This document shows, in pieces, positions 8,169 through 15,550 of a DNA stretch of 24,000 bases. The translations under genes were made by a program, and so were the position numbers. Numbering within the stretch: the first letter of the stretch is position 1; each line of letters starts with the position of its first letter. Origin of the DNA: an uncultured archaeon (GTDB lineage: Archaea; Asgardarchaeota; Lokiarchaeia; Sigyniarchaeales; SOKP01); contig CAZWEM010000018.1 in assembly GCA_964632315.1 (NCBI GenBank), forward strand, positions 7,894 to 31,893, read 5' to 3'. The notes under the pieces are model-generated. The model worked only from the letters and a program-made list of their open reading frames with translations. It was not told the DNA's origin and did no database searches.

Positions 8169-9302
8169 ATGAATCTGGATAAAGAGGAACAAGAAGCAGT
8201 TTTAAAGGTAATGGAATCTCAAATGTTAACTTTGCTTCATGGACAGAATGTAAAACAATTTGAGATTGATTTTGCTCAATATCATGGTGTTAAGAATGCT
8301 ATTGCTGTAAATACCGGAACAGCAGCACTTCATATCGCCATTGCAGCACTGAATATAGGACCGGGTGATGAAGTGATAGTTCCCCCTTTCACATTTATCT
8401 CGACTGCCAGCTCGATTCTTCACAATAATGCAATTCCAGTTTTTGCCGATATCGATGATAAATCCTATACTTTAGATCCTAAATCCGTAGAACAACACAT
8501 AACTGAAAGAACAAAAGCAATTATACCGGTTCATTTGGCTGGAATTCCAGCAAATATGACTGAATTAAAAAAAGTAGCATTGAAAAATGAAGTAGCAATA
8601 ATCGAAGATGCCTGTCAATCCATAGGTGCTCATTGTGATGGCAAATTGGTTGGTTCAATAGGAGATGTTGGGTGTTTTAGTTTTTATCCTTCTAAAAATA
8701 TCACAACTGGAGAGGGGGGAATGATAATCACGAATGATGATAAATTAGCAGAAGAATGCAGGTTACTAAGACATCACGGAGAACCCTCATGGTATGTTTA
8801 TAACAGATTAGGTTATAATTATCGAATGACTGAAATTCAAGGTGCTATTGGAAGGGTCCAACTGAAAAAAATTAATGATTTCATCAAAATTAGAAATGAA
8901 AATGCTGAATATCTCTCTGAAGGTATTGCTCATCTCGAAGGAATTGATCCACCCCATGTTCCTAATTATTGTAAACCCGCATTTAACTATTGGATTGGTA
9001 GAATCCATCCTGATGTAATTGGAGTAGATAAAGAAGAATTCTTGCTACAATTTCCTAAAAGTAAAGTACTCTACCCCATTCCTCTTTATAAAACTAAGTT
9101 ATTTCAAGAAAAAATTGCATATCCTAAAGGATGTCCCTGGTCTTGTCCATTCTATGGAAAACAAATTGACTATTCTAAGGTAAATCTACCAATAGTAGAG
9201 AAAGTCACAAAAGAAATATTTGCTCTCGACATCCATCCCAATATCACTAAAAGTATTTTAGATGAATATATATCAAAAATAAGCCAAATTACATCAAAAT
9301 AA
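8169..9302 (+). CDS. DegT/DnrJ/EryC1/StrS-family PLP-dependent sugar aminotransferase
   Basis: 377 aa. Motifs GTAALHIA, DACQSIGA and the PLP-lysine motif FSFYPSKNITTGEGGMIITND are present. Confidence 0.9.
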   Translation: MNLDKEEQEAVLKVMESQMLTLLHGQNVKQFEIDFAQYHGVKNAIAVNTGTAALHIAIAALNIGPGDEVIVPPFTFISTASSILHNNAIPVFADIDDKSYTLDPKSVEQHITERTKAIIPVHLAGIPANMTELKKVALKNEVAIIEDACQSIGAHCDGKLVGSIGDVGCFSFYPSKNITTGEGGMIITNDDKLAEECRLLRHHGEPSWYVYNRLGYNYRMTEIQGAIGRVQLKKINDFIKIRNENAEYLSEGIAHLEGIDPPHVPNYCKPAFNYWIGRIHPDVIGVDKEEFLLQFPKSKVLYPIPLYKTKLFQEKIAYPKGCPWSCPFYGKQIDYSKVNLPIVEKVTKEIFALDIHPNITKSILDEYISKISQITSK

Positions 9303-9309
9303 AACTTTT

Positions 9310-9582
9310 ATGAAGAGATTAATAATCCAAGTTTATGGATTGGTGCAAGGTGTTTTTTTTAGATATAGTACAAGAAAACTTGCTAGAAATTTAGGATTAA
9401 CGGGAATTGTAAAAAATTTGCCAGATGGTTCAGTCTATATAAAAGCCGAAGGCCCAGAAGAAAAATTATTAGAATTATTGAAATTTTGTAGGAAAGGTCC
9501 AAAGAGTGCAAAAGTTGATGATGTGGAATTTAGATTTGAATCATTTCAATCTAAATTTAAAGGGTTTGAATATTCCTTTTGA
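9310..9582 (+). CDS. acyP: Acylphosphatase
   Basis: 90 aa. Both acylphosphatase signatures are present: VYGLVQGVFFRYSTRKLA and GIVKNLPDGSVYIKAEG. It starts 7 nt after the preceding gene. Confidence 0.85.
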   Translation: MKRLIIQVYGLVQGVFFRYSTRKLARNLGLTGIVKNLPDGSVYIKAEGPEEKLLELLKFCRKGPKSAKVDDVEFRFESFQSKFKGFEYSF

Positions 9583-9609
9583 AAATCTCCTCGTATTACC
9601 TGCATATTA

Positions 9610-9993
9610 TTGTGGAAAATAAATAATTGTCGAATTTATTTATTTATGTCGTATGCATTCGAAAAATATGCAAATCTTCAATTATTTAAGACCCTAAGGC
9701 ATGATCAGATTAAATTTCAATATCCAATCATACTTAGAATGTATGGGTTATTGAACGAACTTAACCTAAAGAATGAAAATCGGTATATCTTATGTAATTT
9801 TATCGACCAAAATAGTGATGTTTTCGATTTAAAAGAGGATATCTACAAAAAAAATAATTCCTGTTCTCTAAATCAACTCTTTCTCTTTGCTATTAGGAAG
9901 GCTAAAGAAAAAAATTTAATAAAGTCTCTTTATAACGAATATCTTAACAGTATTGATGCAATTTTGGAAAAAAGAGAATTAACATCATTTTAA
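9610..9993 (+). CDS. Hypothetical protein
   Basis: ORF with a TTG start at 9610; the first ATG is at 9646 (MSYAFEKY...). No recognisable motifs. Its position directly upstream of a GTPase gene is the only context. Confidence 0.4.
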   Translation: MWKINNCRIYLFMSYAFEKYANLQLFKTLRHDQIKFQYPIILRMYGLLNELNLKNENRYILCNFIDQNSDVFDLKEDIYKKNNSCSLNQLFLFAIRKAKEKNLIKSLYNEYLNSIDAILEKRELTSF

Positions 9994-10090
9994 TCTTTTA
10001 AAAATAATTTTCATGTTGAAGCAAAAATTAATAATAATAAACACTATTATGAAAGTATTAATTCAACGTGAAATATGGATTTGATTAATT

Positions 10091-10618
10091 ATGACGGAAC
10101 CCGATTATGTAATCAAGATTTGTTTGCTTGGGGAGGCAAATGTTGGAAAAACATCACTTGTTTATCGCTTTATTGAAAATAAATTCAGAGATAATTATAA
10201 AAGTACACTTGGAGTTAATCTCCTTAAAAAAGACTTGAATATTGAAGATTACGGCGGAGTAGCTGCCACAATCTGGGATCTAGGTGGTCAAGAAAGTTTT
10301 AGATCCCTCCGAAAACTCTACTTAGAGGGAGCGAATGGTGCTCTAGTTATCTTTGATTGGACTCAAAAAGAAAGCTTCCTTAAATTAGAAAGTTGGATAC
10401 AAGATTTTAGATTAGAGAGAGAAAATGAACCAATTTTATTGATCGGAAATAAAGATGATTTAAAAGATAAGGAAAAGGTATCTAAAGATGAAGCATTAGA
10501 ATTAGCACGTCGTTATAAGCTAAAATTTCTTTCTACCTCAGCTAAAACAGGTTCTAATGTAGAAGAAGCATTTAATACTGTTACTAAGACGATTTTAAAA
10601 TCCCAATTAGCTAAATAG
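10091..10618 (+). CDS. Ras-superfamily small GTPase, Rab-like
   Basis: 175 aa. G1 GEANVGKTS, G3 WDLGGQE, G4 GNKDD, G5 STSAK. There is no C-terminal Cys motif (ends ...KSQLAK). Confidence 0.9.
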   Translation: MTEPDYVIKICLLGEANVGKTSLVYRFIENKFRDNYKSTLGVNLLKKDLNIEDYGGVAATIWDLGGQESFRSLRKLYLEGANGALVIFDWTQKESFLKLESWIQDFRLERENEPILLIGNKDDLKDKEKVSKDEALELARRYKLKFLSTSAKTGSNVEEAFNTVTKTILKSQLAK

Positions 10619-10633
10619 TCTAAGGATAGCTTG

Positions 10634-10639
10634 TTTTTT
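10634..10639 (+). terminator. Oligo-T tract, candidate terminator
   Basis: A T6 run lies 15 nt downstream of the TAG at 10616-10618. Confidence 0.3.
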
Positions 10640-10816
10640 AATATATTATCGAAAATGTTGCTGAAATATTTTTTAAAATTAACAATTATTTATAAAGCAT
10701 TTATAAATGATCATATATTTAAATAAAATTATATATAAAATATGACTTCGTCATTAAAGATAATTTTACAATTATTTAACTATATACAAATCATATTTGG
10801 AACTTATTGATTTATC

Positions 10817-11209
10817 ATGCCTGAAGAAGAAGATGATCATGAAGAAGAGGAGGAGGAGGAAGAAGAAGAACTCTCCTCTGAAGAAGGTTTAGATTATAAA
10901 ATTGAAAATGTTGTTGCAACCGTTACTGTTGAAATCACTGAAAAAATTGATTTAAATCAAATTGCAAGAAAGCATGCTGAAGTAGAATATAATCCAGAGA
11001 GATTTCCTGGATTAGTCATGCGAATTGAGAAACCCAGAGCAACTATTCTCATATTTTCCACCGGAAAAATGGTTGTTACTGGATTACGTAAAGCGTCTGA
11101 GGCTGAAAGAGTGGTTGATAAAGTTGTTAAAAATATTCGAAAAGCAGGAATAAAATTATCTAATCCCGAGATCACCATTCAAAACATAGAAAACTTAATA
11201 TATCATTAA
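10817..11209 (+). CDS. tbp: TATA-box-binding protein, acidic N-terminal tail plus first TBP repeat; ends at an in-frame TAA inside the inter-repeat junction
   Basis: IENVVATVTVE...YNPERFPGLVMRIEKPRATILIFSTGKMVVTG matches the TBP repeat consensus. The ORF stops at 11207-11209, exactly where repeat 2 should begin. Confidence 0.85.
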   Translation: MPEEEDDHEEEEEEEEEELSSEEGLDYKIENVVATVTVEITEKIDLNQIARKHAEVEYNPERFPGLVMRIEKPRATILIFSTGKMVVTGLRKASEAERVVDKVVKNIRKAGIKLSNPEITIQNIENLIYH

Positions 11210-11218
11210 GTTTATGGA
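11189..11218 (+). other. 30-nt insertion carrying a stop codon and a perfect hairpin, interrupting tbp
   Basis: The sequence is gaaaacttaatatatcattaagtttatgga. A 9-bp inverted repeat aaacttaat (11191-11199) / attaagttt (11205-11213) flanks a 5-nt loop, atatc. The TAA at 11207-11209 lies in the 3' arm. Deleting these 30 nt gives the junction ...[19 protein letters not shown]..., the same length as the canonical QN-x-x-x-SGD junction. Confidence 0.6.
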
Positions 11219-11257
11219 TTTGCGAGTGGCGATCTTCATACGAACATCGATCTAAAT

Positions 11258-11503
11258 ATGGCTGCAATTGTTATGGAGTATGCCATGTATGAACCAGAAG
11301 TGTTTCCCGGGTTAATTTATAGAATGCAAGAACCTAAGACTGTATTTTTAATATTTTCAACTGGTAGAATAGTATGCACCGGAGCCAAGCAAAAAGAAAT
11401 TGTAAGAGATGCCGTAAAAAAACTAAACCAACAAGTACGTGATCTAGGAGTTGCAAAAAAGGAGCTTATAGATAGCGATTACCAAGATATCACGTTTATT
11501 TAA
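11258..11503 (+). CDS. tbp: TATA-box-binding protein, second TBP repeat
   Basis: It is in the same reading frame as 10817-11209. [34 protein letters not shown] matches the repeat-2 consensus. Translation immediately after the TAA gives [16 protein letters not shown], the missing first strand of repeat 2. TBP homology therefore starts near 11219, while the first ATG is at 11258. Confidence 0.8.
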   Translation: MAAIVMEYAMYEPEVFPGLIYRMQEPKTVFLIFSTGRIVCTGAKQKEIVRDAVKKLNQQVRDLGVAKKELIDSDYQDITFI

Positions 11504-12056
11504 ATTTTTATTTTCTATTTTTATATTTTAGTTGATTATGAAAAGCAGTGCTAATCATAAATTCGATAATCAATTTTCGGTAAGCCAATATTTCTAACCC
11601 CTTTCTCATTTGGTGCCATCTTATTGTAAACATCTACAGGACTTTCATAGGGAATTTTACTCCTTAAACCTTCTCGATTTGCCAATAATCGTTCTTTAAA
11701 ATCTTCTAACCATTTTTTCCGGATTTGAGCTAGTTCTTTGGATTGAAATTGATGAGCTTCATATTTATCAAAATTAGCATATTCTATAATTTTAAGTTTT
11801 AAAATTCTTAGGTATACATATCCCCCAAGCCATTAATTCATCATTCGCAAGCGGCTTAAATCCTAATCTTTTCCTTTTTTCTTTTCAAAAAAATCTAAAT
11901 TCTAATCCAATCTCTTCCTTTCAGAGAGAGATCTTTAAGTTATGGGAGGAGTCCCCCAAATTGAGGACATTCTTCTCCAGAATTTATTTAAGAATGTATA
12001 ACATGATAATAAATGATATTAAATTCAGACAAAAATCAATAAAGTGATTGCATTTA

Positions 12057-14294
12057 ATGACAAAAACGATTTTGATGAATAATAAATTAATGAAGGTCAC
12101 AGTCATTATATTATCTTTTATTATACTAAGTATTTTAACCTCCAATATCAGTTTAAACAAAAATGAAGAAAGAAACAATAGCGAACTATTTTCAGAGCCT
12201 TTAGCATCAAGTTCAAAATCGTTTATTTCTATCTGGGATACAACCAAATCTGGTGTTAGTAGTAGCAATCAAGTTCATTTACCTTTATTATCGAGTGGAA
12301 AATATAATTTTACGGTTAATTGGGGAGATGGAAATAATGACACAATTACGATCTGGAATCAAGGTTCTGTAACCCATACATATGCTACCCAGGGTATTTA
12401 TACCATAAAAATATTAGGAAAGATTATTGGTTGGCAATTTAATTACCAAGGAGATAGGTTGAAAATACTTGAAATTCAGCAATTTGGATGTCTACAATTA
12501 GGAAATTTGGGAAGTTATTTTTATGGATGCCGTAATTTAGCACTCACCGCTACTGATAGTTTGAATTTGAATGGAACCACAAATTTAAGTTTAATGTTCG
12601 GAAACTGCCATAATCTTGGCAATAGTGGTGATTTTAATAAGTGGAATACGTCAGGAGTCACAGATATGTTCCAAATGTTTTATAACGCTCAAACCTTCAA
12701 TTGTTCCATAGATAACTGGGATGTCTCAAGTGTAACGACAATGGCAAGAATGTTTGTTGATGCTGACTCATTTAACCAACCCATTGGCAACTGGGTTGTT
12801 TCGAGTGTGATAGATATGAATTGCATGTTTTGCGGTGCTTATTCTTTCAATCAACCCATTGGCAACTGGGATGTCTCAAATGTGAGAGATATGTTTGAAA
12901 TGTTTGGTGATACAATCTCTTTTAATCAACCCTTAAGTAAATGGGATGTATCGAATGTGACAGAAATGCAGGGTATGTTCGATCAAGCATTATCATTCAA
13001 TCAACCCATTGGTGACTGGGATGTTTCTAGTGTGACATCAATGGCTTTGATGTTTGGATGGGCTCTTTCATTCAATCAACCCATTGGCAATTGGGATGTA
13101 TCTAGTGTAACAACAATGGCTTCAATGTTTGCTGGAGCATCCTCATTTAATCAACCGATTGACGATTGGAATGTCTCAAATGTAATAGATATGAGCAGTA
13201 TGTTTGATGATGCTGGTTCATTTAATCAATCTCTTGGATCGTGGAATGTTTCGAAAGTAATAACGATGAATAGAATGTTCTATGGAGCCTCCTCATTCAA
13301 CCAACCCATTGACTTATGGGATGTTTCGAGTGTAACGGATATGTTTGAAATGTTTTCTAGTGCCTCCTCATTCGACCAATCTATTGGTGATTGGGATGTC
13401 TCGAGCGTGGGAGATATGAGAAACATGTTTTATGGAATAGCTTTATCAACACCAAATTATGATAATCTTCTACTGGGTTGGTCGCAGTTATTGCTAAAAA
13501 ATGAAGTAATTTTTGATGGTGGTGATTCCAAATATAGTAATGCTGCCAAAACCGCGCGGCAATACATTATAACTACTTTTGATTGGACGATCATTGATGG
13601 TGGTTTAATATCACCGGGAGAATTCACCTTATTTTCAAATGCAGGCACTCCCGATATTGATGGACGTTTTAATCTTACCTGGACACCATCTTCAAGAGCA
13701 AGTAATTATTCAGTGTATCAAAATTCGAGTTACATTACTCAAGTTAATGAAAACTTATCTCTCTTGACTGCTGAAATTACAAATTTAACCCACATGCTCA
13801 CTGGCTATAATGAAGGAACTTACTACTTTATCATTGTAGCAAATAATGATTTTGATTACACTCTTTCTAATTGTCTCACTGTTGTAGTGAGATTACCACC
13901 AGGAGAATTCGAATTATCATCAGATTCAGGCACTCCCGACCCCGACGGATGTTTCAATCTTACCTGGACACCATCTTCAAGAGCAAATAATTATTCCGTT
14001 TACCTACATTCAAGTTATATTACCGAGCTAAATGCTAGTGTTTCTCTCTTAGGATCTGGAATTACTGATCTGAATTTAAAATTGATTGGTTACGTTGATG
14101 GTGCTTATTATTTTATGATTGTTGCCTATAATAACTATGGTATAAATCATTCAAACTGTATTAATGTGATTGTAATGAAAACTCCAACACAACAACAACC
14201 TCTCCCCGCAATTCAAGGATACGATCTCTACTTGCTTATAGGAATAGCGAGCGTGATAACGACTTTAATGCTTCGAAAACGAGTCAAATCCTAA
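12057..14294 (+). CDS. Secreted/anchored surface protein with BspA-type (DUF285) leucine-rich repeats, two FN3-like modules and a C-terminal membrane anchor
   Basis: Alternative starts are TTG 12048, ATG 12057 and ATG 12090 ([16 protein letters not shown] signal/anchor). The N-terminal VNWGDG...HTY...GIYTIKILG module is typical of DUF285 proteins. About twelve [20 protein letters not shown] repeats follow. Two [35 protein letters not shown] modules come next. The C-terminus is a hydrophobic helix, [16 protein letters not shown], followed by the basic tail RKRVKS. Confidence 0.85.
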   Translation: MTKTILMNNKLMKVTVIILSFIILSILTSNISLNKNEERNNSELFSEPLASSSKSFISIWDTTKSGVSSSNQVHLPLLSSGKYNFTVNWGDGNNDTITIWNQGSVTHTYATQGIYTIKILGKIIGWQFNYQGDRLKILEIQQFGCLQLGNLGSYFYGCRNLALTATDSLNLNGTTNLSLMFGNCHNLGNSGDFNKWNTSGVTDMFQMFYNAQTFNCSIDNWDVSSVTTMARMFVDADSFNQPIGNWVVSSVIDMNCMFCGAYSFNQPIGNWDVSNVRDMFEMFGDTISFNQPLSKWDVSNVTEMQGMFDQALSFNQPIGDWDVSSVTSMALMFGWALSFNQPIGNWDVSSVTTMASMFAGASSFNQPIDDWNVSNVIDMSSMFDDAGSFNQSLGSWNVSKVITMNRMFYGASSFNQPIDLWDVSSVTDMFEMFSSASSFDQSIGDWDVSSVGDMRNMFYGIALSTPNYDNLLLGWSQLLLKNEVIFDGGDSKYSNAAKTARQYIITTFDWTIIDGGLISPGEFTLFSNAGTPDIDGRFNLTWTPSSRASNYSVYQNSSYITQVNENLSLLTAEITNLTHMLTGYNEGTYYFIIVANNDFDYTLSNCLTVVVRLPPGEFELSSDSGTPDPDGCFNLTWTPSSRANNYSVYLHSSYITELNASVSLLGSGITDLNLKLIGYVDGAYYFMIVAYNNYGINHSNCINVIVMKTPTQQQPLPAIQGYDLYLLIGIASVITTLMLRKRVKS
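12631..13430 (+). repeat. Tandem 75-nt (25-codon) coding repeats, about 11-12 copies
   Basis: The motif caacccattggcaactggg recurs at 12777 and 12852, exactly 75 nt apart. At the protein level, consecutive 25-aa units end in MF ([77 protein letters not shown]). Confidence 0.85.
13611..14180 (+). repeat. Two tandem 285-nt (95-codon) module duplicates
   Basis: The PGEF codons at 13614 and 13899 are 285 nt apart. Long identical stretches are shared, e.g. cttacctggacaccatcttcaagagcaa in both copies. Confidence 0.8.
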
Positions 14295-14315
14295 TTTTCC
14301 ATTTTTTCTTTTTTT
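14295..14315 (+). terminator. T-rich tract, candidate terminator
   Basis: ttttccattttttcttttttt lies immediately after the TAA at 14292-14294 and contains T4, T6 and T7 runs. Confidence 0.35.
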
Positions 14316-14388
14316 GAATATTAAGTATAAATAGGATTATATCCTAGCTTTATATTAAAGATTTTGACAAAAATCGAGCTATGAAATT

Positions 14389-14604
14389 ATGAAGCATAGA
14401 TATAATTTAAAAATCATCAATTCAAGAATTAAATCAGTATTAATCGTGAGTGTTTTATTAATATCCATTATAGTTCATATAAAAATTGGATTTTCCTTGA
14501 GTCCTGATACACCTACGAATCCGTATCCTCAAGATGGCGCAACTGGTTATGGTGGGATTTTTTTACTCCCATACTTAGAAGTTGACGTCTCTGATGGAGA
14601 TTAG
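14389..14604 (+). CDS. Short signal-anchor ORF, possibly a truncated surface-protein stub
   Basis: 71 aa. A hydrophobic N-terminus (SVLIVSVLLISIIV) is followed by SPDTPTNPYPQDGATG, which resembles the start of an Ig/FN3-type extracellular domain, but the ORF then terminates. No downstream continuation is seen in any frame. Confidence 0.3.
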   Translation: MKHRYNLKIINSRIKSVLIVSVLLISIIVHIKIGFSLSPDTPTNPYPQDGATGYGGIFLLPYLEVDVSDGD

Positions 14605-14711
14605 ATATAGAGAAAAACTTAGTAGTAAATGATTTTTAAACCACTATCTTAATCGGAGGGTGACCGCAATTTCTTTTATTTGATTTTTCTGAAATATGCG
14701 TTCGAGTTAAT

Positions 14712-15191
14712 TTAATCTTTCTGAAAAACAATCATAAATTCACAGAAATCTTCTCCTGTTTGTAAAGCGCAATTTACTTCTTGAGCAAAACAATGAAAAT
14801 TTATCATTCTTTCAACGATTCCTGCAAGTATTCCGGCTTCAAAGGAACAAAAACTTCCGTCTGATTTGATTCCCTTGCCTATCAAATCTTTAATTGATGA
14901 ATGTTCTTTTAATTTTAACTGAATAATTTCTTCTGAACTGTCAGTAATTTCAACTTTTCCAAGATTATAATCGTGAATTATTTTTTTTAATGATTCAGGG
15001 ATCTGATATACATCATTTAATTGTTTGACTTTTAAGATCGTTCCAAGTTCATGCCCCAAATAATAGAAAATGGCTTCTAATTGATGTCCTAGAGCTAATA
15101 AAGCTCCTACTTTCATATCTCCTATTTCTTTACCTTTTTCTAAATGATTCCTCATTTGAGCTAAAATTCCAGAAAGTAATTGTCTATCCAA
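14712..15191 (-). CDS. V4R (4-vinyl reductase-type) domain protein
   Basis: 159 aa. The C-terminal FCSFEAGILAGIVERMINFHCFAQEVNCALQTGEDFCEFMIV matches the V4R signature (C.f.aG.l.G......v.E..C...G...CeF.i). It is the last gene of a three-gene co-directional cluster. Confidence 0.75.
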   Translation of the reverse strand: MDRQLLSGILAQMRNHLEKGKEIGDMKVGALLALGHQLEAIFYYLGHELGTILKVKQLNDVYQIPESLKKIIHDYNLGKVEITDSSEEIIQLKLKEHSSIKDLIGKGIKSDGSFCSFEAGILAGIVERMINFHCFAQEVNCALQTGEDFCEFMIVFQKD

Positions 15192-15221
15192 TCATTTCAC
15201 TTCCTAATTTTTTAAATTATT

Positions 15222-15518
15222 TTATTCAATTTCTACTGATGAGATAAAACCGTATAAAATCGCATCGATAATGTCTTCTTCTTGGATATTAATACTTAAT
15301 TTCTTATCAGCGATTATAATTGTAGGTAATGAAGTTACCTTATAATGCTGGGTTAGTTTATAATTTTTACTTACGTCTATTTTTTCAATATATAATTTCT
15401 TTCCAAACATTGATAAATTTATTCTCTTCAACATTTCTTCGACAGGTTGACAAGGAGTACAATGTGGAGATGAAAAAAGTAATATTTTCGGATATCCACT
15501 TTTCAAAGCACTTGACAT
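15222..15518 (-). CDS. Thioredoxin-fold protein (thioredoxin/glutaredoxin-like)
   Basis: 98 aa. It has the CxxC motif HCTPCQ near the N-terminus and the cis-proline context VTSLPTIII. Size and beta-alpha-beta layout are typical of small archaeal thioredoxins. Confidence 0.75.
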   Translation of the reverse strand: MSSALKSGYPKILLFSSPHCTPCQPVEEMLKRINLSMFGKKLYIEKIDVSKNYKLTQHYKVTSLPTIIIADKKLSINIQEEDIIDAILYGFISSVEIE

Positions 15519-15550
15519 TTACAATCCTTATAACCTATCTAAATAAATTT

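Noticed and set aside
10742-10754. The short palindrome atgacttcgtcat, 63 nt upstream of tbp, as an operator.
   Set aside because: The arms are only 5 bp, which is well within chance expectation for this window.
10841-10870. A GAA/GAG purine microsatellite as a non-coding repeat or SD-like cluster.
   Set aside because: It lies in frame just after the tbp start codon and encodes a poly-Glu tail. It is reported as a property of the protein instead.
11207-11209. The in-frame stop in tbp as a recoded selenocysteine or pyrrolysine codon.
   Set aside because: The codon is TAA. Known Sec and Pyl recoding uses TGA and TAG respectively, and a junction position in TBP has no reason to carry either residue.
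11180-11222. A canonical archaeal bulge-helix-bulge (BHB) intron explaining the 30-nt insertion in tbp.
   Set aside because: I tried to fold the junctions. caaa (11180-11183) can pair with tttg (11219-11222), and cat (11185-11187) with atg (11214-16). However, the inner stem is a continuous perfect 9-bp helix, with no pair of 3-nt bulges separated by 4 bp. At best there is a single aga bulge. That does not satisfy the canonical BHB geometry, so splicing stays a hypothesis to test rather than a call.
12048-12056. The TTG at 12048 as the start of the surface-protein gene, as listed in the ORF track.
   Set aside because: ATG codons follow at 12057, 12075 and 12090, and the signal-anchor sequence begins at [10 protein letters not shown] (12090). 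A downstream ATG is more plausible, although the exact start cannot be fixed from sequence alone.
12631-13430. A regular 75-nt periodicity that could superficially suggest a CRISPR-like or satellite array.
   Set aside because: The repeats are contiguous with no unique spacers, lie in one long open reading frame, and encode a conserved 25-aa LRR-type protein repeat. This is a coding tandem repeat.
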